DNA of 11,447 nucleotides from a virus: UHGV virus genome UHGV-1613795; one strand, 5' to 3'. Shown piece by piece: positions 1 to 6,975 of this stretch (position 1 is its first letter; each line of letters starts with the position of its first letter). The notes under the pieces were generated by a model. It saw only the letters and a program-made list of their open reading frames with translations, ran no database searches and was not told where the DNA came from. The position numbers and the translations under genes were made by a program.

Positions 1-478
1 CTGATGCCGACGCTATTGCCACGCTCATTTTCTGGTTAACAGCCTGACCAACCACGCCGGTGAATGATTCTCGCATCTTGAGGTAATCACTTAGCGGCGA
101 CCACCCAGCTGAAGAAGTATTAGGGTCGTTTGTGTTGTTGTTGATAGTGCTGATATAAATCGTTGCGCCGTCATCACTGATGAGAACAGCTCCAAGAGGA
201 TACCCTCCAACCGCCGTTGAAAAATCTGAGTCAAAAGCATTAAGAGCGCCTGCGCTAGACCATCTGCAAAGGGAAGACAACTCATACAAGATTTGATTCA
301 TGTCCTGCCCTTTGGGAGGAAGGCCCCCGGCAGATTTCAAAATCATTGTTATTGGTGGGAATCCTAAATCGTAGGATGCTGTATTATCTCCAGCTGGAGT
401 TGTCGGCAGAAGATCCTCTCTTTGACCATTTACTCCAAAAGGTTTTGGTTGTTTTTTGGGTGAGTCAGAGCGATTCAT
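1..478 (-). CDS. Tail fiber protein, N-terminal portion (5' partial; gene continues beyond window start)
   Basis: Minus-strand frame is open from ATG 478-476 to position 1 with no stop; AGGA lies 7 nt upstream and the start is 2 nt after the stop of the 481-1119 gene. Absent from the ORF track because it runs off the window. Translation begins MNRSDSPKKQPKPFGVNGQREDLLPTTPAGDNTASYDLGFPPITMILKSAGGLPPKGQDMNQILYELSS; it is N/S/T/G-rich and contains a GFPP motif of the kind I recall in enterobacterial side tail fiber N-termini. Position directly after J-like and I-position genes fits a fiber. Confidence 0.55.
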   Translation of the reverse strand, partial: MNRSDSPKKQPKPFGVNGQREDLLPTTPAGDNTASYDLGFPPITMILKSAGGLPPKGQDMNQILYELSSLCRWSSAGALNAFDSDFSTAVGGYPLGAVLISDDGATIYISTINNNTNDPNTSSAGWSPLSDYLKMRESFTGVVGQAVNQKMSVAIASAS

Positions 479-480
479 AC

Positions 481-1119
481 TTAATTCCTATAAAATGTGC
501 CATCATTAAACGGGTAGGCGTCAGATGAAAAACCGAAATAAGGACTAATAATTTTTCGAATATTTACCTGAACACCACTAGGAACTGGCATTACTTCATA
601 ATTTGTGAGAATAGATTCCTCGTATGGTGCAAGTTCAAACTCGAATGTTATTCCAATGGTCATATCTCGATAATTCACACAGTATGCCCTTCCTCTTTGA
701 AAAAATAATATCTTTAAAAACTTGTTGATTTCTGGAATCGTAGCAATACTTATGTTCGTAAACGCTTTGCAAAATATGAGTGTTCTGTAAGCCTCGTCAC
801 TCAATCTAACATTTGTTGTCTCCTGTACTCCTCCAAAAAAAGGAGAGTTGTTGAACGGAGCGGGGTAATTTGGTTCTGCATTATCAGCTTCACTGAATCC
901 GAAGGAATTGGTCTCTATAGGTGAGTTAATATAGCGACTTATCCCTACTATTTTCCCCCACATATCCAGGCCGAATGTATCACAGGTAGTCAAATCCCAT
1001 ACTTTTTTAATAAACTCATCAGTGAAATCATCAAGGCTAATTGCCTGATTAAAGGTATCAATGATGGATAGTAATTTTTTGCTTGCAGAGTACTGGGTAA
1101 GAATTGTGTCCTCCCACAT
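481..1119 (-). CDS. Putative baseplate / tail fiber attachment protein (gpI-position protein)
   Basis: 212-aa ORF with ATG at 1119 and a GGGGGAAA purine-rich RBS upstream. Lies between the baseplate J-like gene and the tail fiber gene, which is the slot occupied by P2 gpI-type proteins. No diagnostic motif recognised; function is from gene order only. Confidence 0.5.
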   Translation of the reverse strand: MWEDTILTQYSASKKLLSIIDTFNQAISLDDFTDEFIKKVWDLTTCDTFGLDMWGKIVGISRYINSPIETNSFGFSEADNAEPNYPAPFNNSPFFGGVQETTNVRLSDEAYRTLIFCKAFTNISIATIPEINKFLKILFFQRGRAYCVNYRDMTIGITFEFELAPYEESILTNYEVMPVPSGVQVNIRKIISPYFGFSSDAYPFNDGTFYRN

Positions 1120-1129
1120 ACATTTCCCC

Positions 1130-2359
1130 CTACGATAATGTAACAGTGATATCTGATTCCTGAATGGTTGGAACCTGGTCTATGCCCATAGTCACAGCCG
1201 GTCCGTATAGTGAACCATCGAGAGAAACTTCAAGAGACAAAATTCCAACTGTATCAGGAGATATTGAAATAACAGGGGCATAGTATTTACCAGCATTTAT
1301 CGTCGAACCAATTCGTGCCTTTCCAATACCCTCATATCCTCCATTGAACACAGTGACAATCATTTCCTTTACTTGTTTAGTAATATCACTTGGGGGATTT
1401 AGTGAAGCATCGACATTTACCTTAAAGTAAACCCGCGTAGGTGATGCCTTTTGCCATTGCATTACATAAGATGGATATGGCGGCATGTAATTAACGTTAT
1501 CGTAAACAGTGAACGTTGTATTACCATTCATATTGGCCCCGGGGTTATAAGTATTGAATATTGACTCAGCAACATCCGTATCAGCCCCGCCATAAACACA
1601 AATATAAACAGAATGCGCAAGAATCGGGAAATTCGTTGTTCCTTTATTTACTGTTTCTGCAGTTCTGTTTGACCATACGTAAGCATCAAGCACACCATCA
1701 GTCGCAAGTAACGCGGCTAATGTAGATGCGTCCTGATTTCGACTGTTTCTGGCAACTGATTGTCTCCGGCGAGTTTCAAAGGCGATCCGTGATTCAACAT
1801 CAACACCAACGACTCCAGGGCTAGTATTATTTACAGCATCCCACCCGGAAACGGCTCGATAAATCTGGTTCAGTGAACCTGCGGCACACGGAATCGGCCC
1901 GGTTGTTGTGTTGACAAACTGCACATCAACAGAGCCTGATGAGGGTATTACAGCATTATCAATTGACTGATATATATACCCGCTCGTATCCACAGCGGTA
2001 CTCCCTGCTGGTATTGTTGTTCCAACCTGACCAATGCATGTTGCTGTAACAACTGTCCCCTGAGCAGCGATCCGCTCCATAAAGTAAATCCGACCAATCC
2101 CGTCCTGGAATCTGCCGGTTGAAAAGTCAGGGTTAATTTGATTAAACAAACAAAGAAGCTTGTCGTATTCCTGAGCGATAATTTCAGTGTCAGACTGGGC
2201 GATCTGCCCTTGCGGTGAACTCAGTGACTGACTTGCGCCACCGCCAAGGGCCGTTGACATGTCTGTAAGTCTTCCCGCCAATACATCTGCTATATCGGGG
2301 ACTGAAAGACCGTTTTCAGTGATGGTTACATCAGGAACAGCCGTATTTAATGTCGTCAT
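1130..2359 (-). CDS. Baseplate J-like protein (baseplate wedge subunit)
   Basis: 409-aa ORF whose start overlaps the upstream stop in an ATGA junction (2356-2359). Size and the region GRFQDGIGRIYFMERIAAQGTVV resemble what I recall of baseplate J (gpJ/gp6) family proteins. Sits between a small wedge-type protein and an I-position protein. Confidence 0.7.
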   Translation of the reverse strand: MTTLNTAVPDVTITENGLSVPDIADVLAGRLTDMSTALGGGASQSLSSPQGQIAQSDTEIIAQEYDKLLCLFNQINPDFSTGRFQDGIGRIYFMERIAAQGTVVTATCIGQVGTTIPAGSTAVDTSGYIYQSIDNAVIPSSGSVDVQFVNTTTGPIPCAAGSLNQIYRAVSGWDAVNNTSPGVVGVDVESRIAFETRRRQSVARNSRNQDASTLAALLATDGVLDAYVWSNRTAETVNKGTTNFPILAHSVYICVYGGADTDVAESIFNTYNPGANMNGNTTFTVYDNVNYMPPYPSYVMQWQKASPTRVYFKVNVDASLNPPSDITKQVKEMIVTVFNGGYEGIGKARIGSTINAGKYYAPVISISPDTVGILSLEVSLDGSLYGPAVTMGIDQVPTIQESDITVTLS

Positions 2360-2715
2360 AAGGTGGCCTGTGCAATATTACCATTGATATCTGTAACGCG
2401 GATTGTCCCGCGAGTTGTGCGTGTATTCTTGTCAAAGAAAACTGACGCCAGAGCATCCTCAACAACGGGTAATTTGAGTGCTTCAGCCTGCATTTTCTGA
2501 GCAATAAAACCAGGAGATGGTCGCCTGCCAAGAACTTCTGCCTTCCATGGGATCCCAAGTGTATTGTCGTAATAACACTCTCCTGAAAACACCAGGCATG
2601 CACTGGCGACATCCTGAGCAACAGAATATGATTCTTCTGCGATCGCCAGATTGCCATTTCCGTCAAGCGCCAAGTCCCACGTAGAAGTGTCCAGCTGCAT
2701 AGTTCTGTATGTCAT
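2356..2715 (-). CDS. Small baseplate protein (gpW/gp25-position), function inferred from position
   Basis: 119-aa ORF joined by ATGA overlaps to both neighbours (2712-2715 and 2356-2359). Located between spike-like and J-like genes. No family motif confidently recognised. Confidence 0.5.
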   Translation of the reverse strand: MTYRTMQLDTSTWDLALDGNGNLAIAEESYSVAQDVASACLVFSGECYYDNTLGIPWKAEVLGRRPSPGFIAQKMQAEALKLPVVEDALASVFFDKNTRTTRGTIRVTDINGNIAQATL

Positions 2716-3404
2716 GTCGGTTTATCCGTTGCATTGGAATTTATTGTTGACCCACCACTTTGTATTCCTGAAACAGAATGTTTGTGATTGTTATAGTTGT
2801 CCCTTAAATTTTTAACAGTAGATGACTGTGAGTCTGCGTTATCCTGAATATTGCCACTAACTTTAAGTAAAGGCGTATTCATGTTGACTCCATCAGGAGC
2901 ATCAATATTTAACGATGAGCATTTGATATTTAGTGGGTTAGGCGTGGTTATATTTATTGCACCGTCAGCGAATTCAATGAATTGAGTAGGTGAAATGTTT
3001 AATACCCCACCAAGATAAATCGCATCCGATTTACTGTGTCGTCTTTTGCTTCCAGGTACTGATTCTTTACGATTTTTTCTTACCAGTGATGTGTCTTTGT
3101 CGCATACCGCAATCAGACCAATATCACCTGCCACAGGGTCCATAATTACAGCGCTGTTTCCTCTCTGCAACCGCCATACGGGAAGATCATATAAAACCGA
3201 GTTGGAAATCATTTTTCCTGTACGGTCTGTTCTGGTTAGTAAAGGAAGAACATCAACAACTAAATCTGGTGCTTCCCCTCTGACTTCCTGAACTTTCGCT
3301 AACTCAATGAAGAAATATCCAGACATCAGCATCTCAAAAATATATTCCTGAGATTGAGCCTCACTTACCTGAGCAGGCGTTGGAGTAAATAGTTGCTTAT
3401 CCAT
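2712..3404 (-). CDS. Putative baseplate spike / gpV-like protein
   Basis: ORF track gives 2712-3497 (261 aa), but that start overlaps the upstream gene by about 100 nt. The internal ATG at 3404 forms an ATGGATAA overlap with the upstream stop (3397-3399), giving about 230 aa starting MDKQLFTPTPAQ. Position between hub-like and wedge genes and a Ser/Asn-rich C-terminal region are consistent with a spike protein. Assignment is positional. Confidence 0.5.
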   Translation of the reverse strand: MDKQLFTPTPAQVSEAQSQEYIFEMLMSGYFFIELAKVQEVRGEAPDLVVDVLPLLTRTDRTGKMISNSVLYDLPVWRLQRGNSAVIMDPVAGDIGLIAVCDKDTSLVRKNRKESVPGSKRRHSKSDAIYLGGVLNISPTQFIEFADGAINITTPNPLNIKCSSLNIDAPDGVNMNTPLLKVSGNIQDNADSQSSTVKNLRDNYNNHKHSVSGIQSGGSTINSNATDKPT

Positions 3405-4278
3405 TATTCTGTTGCGCCTCTGCTCTTTGTTCCGCTGTTCTGGCGGCAATACATATTGAGTGCCATGAACCATTTGGCATCCATGATGATAATTCATGCC
3501 GAACGGAGGTTAACTTATACCTTCCGCTTGCATGTGGTAGTTCTGTTTTGATATCCACATATCTTCCAATGCAAAGGAGAGATGAATATTGCGTCTGAAA
3601 CATCAGCCCCCCATTTGAAAATACAGGATATCCAACAAGTCCGTATTCTCTGGATATAAACGGAATTACATCATCTCTGTTTTTTTCTGAAGGCCAGAAC
3701 TCTACTTTTGCAGGTGGCGTAGCTGACATTGCCAGTCCATAATCTGAACAGACTCTATAAAGTTGCTCAAAAACACTTCCTTCAAAATGCGGACTTCCTG
3801 ATGTTGTCATCCCTTTTACATTATTAAACACAGCTTCATAACCTGCACTTGCACAAATGGATGAGATGACATCTTCAACACTTTGCGCCCCCTGTGCTGT
3901 AAACGGGCTTGCTGGCATGTTCTGCAAATCAACATTAGAAGAAGCTGTTATCATCAGGCTGCTTTCAGGAGCAGAATTCATGTTTGCTATTGATGAAAGC
4001 ATCGTGCCAGAGAAAACAAGAGAATCATCGGCAAATACTTCAACATTTAGCTTCTGCCCTTCTCCAATAATACCATCAGCCTTCCCTGATATATCAGCAA
4101 GCCTTTCAATTCCTAACCCGTAAAGAGATATATCAGCCTGAGCGCCTCCCCGACCGGTAACAAAGTTCAGGGATACTGTTGACTTAACATTTCTGATGGA
4201 GATTTTATTGTTCCCATTTTTATCAAATGCTGATGATTCATTCGTGAAGTCAAACCGAAGACTGTGATTTTTATACAA
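3397..4278 (-). CDS. Putative baseplate hub-like tail protein
   Basis: ORF is open from 4386, but in-frame ATGs at 4353/4350 would overlap the upstream gene (stop 4271-4273) by about 80 nt and lack an RBS. TTG at 4278 has GAGGAA 7 nt upstream and gives an 8-nt overlap, mirroring the junction at 3397-3404. About 293 aa. Function inferred from position upstream of the spike-like gene; start is uncertain. Confidence 0.45.
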   Translation of the reverse strand: MYKNHSLRFDFTNESSAFDKNGNNKISIRNVKSTVSLNFVTGRGGAQADISLYGLGIERLADISGKADGIIGEGQKLNVEVFADDSLVFSGTMLSSIANMNSAPESSLMITASSNVDLQNMPASPFTAQGAQSVEDVISSICASAGYEAVFNNVKGMTTSGSPHFEGSVFEQLYRVCSDYGLAMSATPPAKVEFWPSEKNRDDVIPFISREYGLVGYPVFSNGGLMFQTQYSSLLCIGRYVDIKTELPHASGRYKLTSVRHELSSWMPNGSWHSICIAARTAEQRAEAQQNNG

Positions 4279-4573
4279 GCTCGTTTTCCTCGATGTAGTA
4301 CAGCAAGTAACGGCTACCCAAGCCTTCCCATTGCGGATCCGATTCCCCATCATTATCAATGAAAATAAGGTCTCCCTTAAATCCAAGGTAGGAATATCTT
4401 ACCATCTTATTCCCATACAGACATGGAACGCCCTGCATAATTGGGACTTCATTAACAGTTAAATCCATGTACATAAAACTCTGTCGCTGAACAAGTTTTA
4501 TATTACATTGCTGACCAGACAGACTTACCGAAATGGACTGAGATTTGCTGGGAAGAACAGATACTGTAATCAT
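4271..4573 (-). CDS. Small tail/baseplate-associated protein, function unknown
   Basis: 100-aa ORF whose ATG 4573-4571 overlaps the upstream stop 4572-4570 in an ATGA junction. Part of the coupled gene chain leading into the baseplate genes. Confidence 0.55.
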   Translation of the reverse strand: MITVSVLPSKSQSISVSLSGQQCNIKLVQRQSFMYMDLTVNEVPIMQGVPCLYGNKMVRYSYLGFKGDLIFIDNDGESDPQWEGLGSRYLLYYIEENELV

Positions 4574-5385
4574 GTACTCGCCTTAACTATATTTTTTGCA
4601 ATATCTGCCGCTTTTTTTGTTGCGCTGTTTGTGACTTCGAGTATTGGTTTGGATACCGTATCAAGAGCACTCTGGAATTCAGTCTTGATTGTGTCGGAGA
4701 TTTTTCCAGTGATTTCGCCAACAGATGACTTCAGTGATGACCATGATTTACTTAGCTCATCGACAGTAGATTCCCTGGCTCCGCCATTGGTTATTTGCGG
4801 ATCAACTCCTACACCTCCCTGTGACTTATTGTTATCCGTTGGCTTCTGTTCTGACTGAGATCCAGAGAGGATAACCTCCATTTGCTGAATGACCTCCTGA
4901 AAATCAAGATAAACCGTCAGAAGAGTCACCCCTTTTTGAGAGTTAACTTCGTAATAGTGGTCAACAAGGTCGAAACTCTCCAGAGTTTCCTTTGGCGTTT
5001 CAATATCGTATGTTTTTGCAGAGGACAGCATCATTTTGATTGTGTTCAGCGTGCTGTTCTGGCTTGTGAATGTGAGATCGAAAATATTCGGGATGTTGCC
5101 GGAAAAACCAGTAAGACCATTTACGATGATTGCGCATCTTACCCTGGCGGGTTCTTTAACTTTGTTGATGGACTGGTATTTCCCTTTCTCCACCGGAGCG
5201 TTTGTTATTTGCGCCCTGCCACTTGGCTGCACGGATGCCATACCACTGAACTCAAGAGCAACCTCGCCAGTTTCCCTGTCACGAATCACATACTGAGGAT
5301 GCAGAACGCTGTCGATGATCGAAAGCGGAGAGCCACCACCGATAGCATTGAATATGTCTGCTGTGTTTAAATCGATTATGCCCAT
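4570..5385 (-). CDS. Tail structural protein, function unknown (first gene downstream of the cassette)
   Basis: 271-aa ORF with ATG at 5385 and GGAGAG about 5 nt upstream. Mixed N-terminal region and a Ser/Thr/Lys-rich predicted helical C-terminus. Sits where distal-tail or tube-initiator proteins occur in other phages, but no motif recognised. Confidence 0.55.
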   Translation of the reverse strand: MGIIDLNTADIFNAIGGGSPLSIIDSVLHPQYVIRDRETGEVALEFSGMASVQPSGRAQITNAPVEKGKYQSINKVKEPARVRCAIIVNGLTGFSGNIPNIFDLTFTSQNSTLNTIKMMLSSAKTYDIETPKETLESFDLVDHYYEVNSQKGVTLLTVYLDFQEVIQQMEVILSGSQSEQKPTDNNKSQGGVGVDPQITNGGARESTVDELSKSWSSLKSSVGEITGKISDTIKTEFQSALDTVSKPILEVTNSATKKAADIAKNIVKAST

Positions 5386-5395
5386 CTACTCTCCA

Positions 5396-5423
5396 TTAAA
5401 CAAAAACCCAGCCGAAGCTGGGT
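5396..5423 (-). terminator. Intrinsic terminator downstream of the antirepressor gene
   Basis: On the minus strand: 7-bp stem (5423-5417 pairing 5406-5412, CCCAGC core), 4-nt loop, then TTTTTGTTTAA (complement of plus 5396-5406). Lies between ant stop (5442-5444) and the next gene start (5385). Confidence 0.6.
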
Positions 5424-5441
5424 CGTTGCGTTGGTTATCTG

Positions 5442-6320
5442 TCAGTAGTTATGTACTGAAGGAGGTAATTCTTTATTCTTAAGTCTCATCCATGCGGAAA
5501 GATTCGTTGGTCCATCTGGCTCATTGATATCAACATCTCGTGTGTGATTGATTAAAACGTCTCTCGCTATATCGATAATACGGGAGAACTCATAACCGCA
5601 GTCATGACATCTGCCGGAATAGTTCGATTGAATTTGTTTTAATGCCGGATACAGTTCGCGGAATAATGCCTGTGAACGGTTGGCATAATCCCATAACCAT
5701 ACAAGGCTGTTTGCTTCTTTTGCAGAAATCTCGTTGGTTTTCTTCTCTTGTTTGCCGATGAACTCACCTTCAAGCACTACCCTGTGGATGTACTCTACGG
5801 CCAGCGGGATTTGTTCAATTGAAAGTTCATCAATGCTGTCAATACCAAAACGCTGATGAACCATATTGTATGCATCGTCATAGCGAAGTCCTTTCTTTCC
5901 TACCAGCATGTTTACTGCATCGCGTAGCGGTGTTCTTTCCTCAACAGTGGTTTTCTTTCCTTTTACATACTCGCCATGTTTGCGAATTGAAGGCAGAACT
6001 TCTGCTGTTACCCACTTGCGGAATTTGTGTGGGACTGAACCTTTATTGACTGCATCGCGGCAGCGCAGAACCAATGTATACATACCTGATTCGCTCACAA
6101 TGCTTAGATTCTGCTCACCACCAAGGGTGTAACTTAAAGTTACTCCCTTTTCATCGTCATCAAGTGCAGTAAGCGCCTTGCGTGAGTTAGTCAAAGCTAA
6201 AGCATCACAAACATCTTTAGCTACAAACCACGGCTCGCCGCACTTGTTAATGACGCGAATTTCACTGTCGCCAAATTTGAAGATGGTGAAATCGTTTTGT
6301 GCCTTTGCTATACTTTTCAT
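5442..6320 (-). CDS. BRO-N domain antirepressor-like protein (Ant-like)
   Basis: 292-aa ORF with ATG at 6320. N-terminal 110 residues ([30 protein letters not shown] ... [19 protein letters not shown]) match the Bro-N/KilA-N-type pattern found in phage antirepressors. Second gene of a two-gene unit behind an Arc-like gene, as ant follows arc in P22. Confidence 0.8.
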   Translation of the reverse strand: MKSIAKAQNDFTIFKFGDSEIRVINKCGEPWFVAKDVCDALALTNSRKALTALDDDEKGVTLSYTLGGEQNLSIVSESGMYTLVLRCRDAVNKGSVPHKFRKWVTAEVLPSIRKHGEYVKGKKTTVEERTPLRDAVNMLVGKKGLRYDDAYNMVHQRFGIDSIDELSIEQIPLAVEYIHRVVLEGEFIGKQEKKTNEISAKEANSLVWLWDYANRSQALFRELYPALKQIQSNYSGRCHDCGYEFSRIIDIARDVLINHTRDVDINEPDGPTNLSAWMRLKNKELPPSVHNY

Positions 6321-6352
6321 GTCAATATTTCCCGATCAGATTTGTTGATGTA

Positions 6353-6393
6353 GAAGCCTCGCCAGTTCCCGCTGTCGGGGCTTCGTTATTTTT
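6353..6393 (+). terminator. Plus-strand hairpin plus T-run in the arc-ant intercistronic region (possible terminator of an antisense transcript)
   Basis: GAAGCCTCG (6353-6361) can pair with CGGGGCTTC (6376-6384) with one G-U position and a 14-nt loop, followed by GTTATTTTT (6385-6393). No plus-strand gene ends here, so it would terminate only transcripts antisense to the ant leader. Confidence 0.4.
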
Positions 6394-6553
6394 AGAGAGC
6401 ATTCCGCATTTTCTCCCGGTACTTCAACCACCAAGCAAGTCCCTGAACCAACACTGAGTTTTCTGACATCCCCTCTTCCTTGGCGATGCGTTTCACCTCC
6501 TCCTTAAAACGGTACGGATACCGAAGAGTTGTCTTCACTTCATTCTTTTCCAT
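6392..6553 (-). CDS. Arc-like ribbon-helix-helix transcriptional repressor
   Basis: Not in the ORF track (53 codons). ATG 6553-6551 with AAGGAG 6 nt upstream; TAA 6394-6392. Translation MEKNEVKTTLRYPYRFKEEVKRIAKEEGMSENSVLVQGLAWWLKYREKMRNAL has the strand-helix-helix layout and the same length as P22 Arc as I recall it (NLRWPREV...EENGRSVNSEI). Sits immediately upstream of the antirepressor gene. Confidence 0.7.
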   Translation of the reverse strand: MEKNEVKTTLRYPYRFKEEVKRIAKEEGMSENSVLVQGLAWWLKYREKMRNAL

Positions 6554-6654
6554 TGATCACTCCTTTTACGTAATGGCATTATGCCTTGAAAGCAATATGC
6601 CATCATTGAATATAAATAGCAATATGCCATCATTGTTTTTTTTGAGGTGATGTT
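6554..6654. promoter_or_regulatory. Divergent promoter/operator region between the Arc-like and Mnt-like genes
   Basis: 101-bp AT-rich intergenic region between divergent starts. Contains palindrome GGCAT-T-ATGCC (6575-6585), a perfect 18-bp direct repeat AGCAATATGCCATCATTG (6591-6608 and 6618-6635), candidate plus-strand -35 TTGAAA (6586-6591) and -10 TATAAA (6611-6616), and candidate minus-strand -10 CATAAT (complement of 6578-6583) overlapping the palindrome. Promoter assignments are by eye. Confidence 0.55.
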
Positions 6655-6975
6655 ATGGCTGAAAAGCAGGTTAAAGATTACGAAAAGTTTGTTGTGCGTT
6701 TCCCTGACGGGATGAGGGACGCGATTGCGGAGAGAGCCAAACGAAACGGGCGCTCTATGAACTCAGAGATTGTGCAGATACTGGAAGATGCCTTGAATGC
6801 AGAAAATACTCTTGGGGAAATAGCAGACAAAATCAACAGCGTCTCGGTTCCGTTAAATGTTGATGCGCTAGTTCAACTTCAAGCCCAAGTGATCGCCATG
6901 CAAAAAGAAATACAGGAAAAGTTCAGAGAGCAGAACGAAAAGTTGAGAGAACTGCTAAACAAAAAACCCACCTGA
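6655..6975 (+). CDS. mnt: Mnt-like ribbon-helix-helix repressor
   Basis: 106-aa ORF with ATG at 6655 and GAGGTG upstream. N-terminal region KFVVRFPDGMRDAIAERAKRNGRSMNSEIVQILEDAL closely parallels P22 Mnt as I recall it (HFNFRMPMEVREKLKFRAEANGRSMNSELLQIVQDAL), followed by a predicted coiled-coil C-terminus. Transcribed divergently from arc-like/ant, as in P22 immI. Predicted beta-strand residues differ from P22 Mnt, so operator specificity probably differs. Confidence 0.8.
   Translation: MAEKQVKDYEKFVVRFPDGMRDAIAERAKRNGRSMNSEIVQILEDALNAENTLGEIADKINSVSVPLNVDALVQLQAQVIAMQKEIQEKFREQNEKLRELLNKKPT

Noticed and set aside
91..285. 64-aa minus-strand ORF
   Set aside because: Lies entirely inside the tail fiber gene in a different frame; the fiber frame is the one coupled to the upstream gene and has an RBS.
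346..528. 60-aa plus-strand ORF
   Set aside because: Antisense to the tail fiber and I-position genes; no RBS or context; likely a chance ORF.
2331..2666. 111-aa minus-strand ORF overlapping the 119-aa gene
   Set aside because: Alternative frame within the wedge-protein gene; the 2356-2715 frame is the one with ATGA coupling to both neighbours.
4271..4278. Possibility that the 100-aa ORF and the hub-like ORF are one frameshifted gene (combined length close to typical hub proteins)
   Set aside because: The junction has the same 8-nt overlap geometry as the confirmed ATGGATAA junction at 3397-3404 and a properly spaced RBS for the TTG start, so two coupled genes is more parsimonious. It remains checkable by comparison with orthologues.
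3046..5370. Plus-strand ORFs 3046-3291, 3857-4123, 4508-4858, 4882-5370 and 5036-5296
   Set aside because: All are antisense to densely packed minus-strand structural genes, have Cys/Arg-rich or low-complexity translations and no convincing RBS. The 162-aa one is long but still fits chance in an antisense frame.
5819..6132. Plus-strand ORFs 5819-6049 and 5908-6132 inside the antirepressor gene
   Set aside because: Antisense to ant and overlapping each other; no start signals; translations look non-protein-like.
6351..6357. TAGAAGC heptamer resembling one half-site of the P22 Arc operator
   Set aside because: Only one half-site with no symmetric partner, located in the arc-ant gap and not the promoter region; a 7-mer match is expected by chance.
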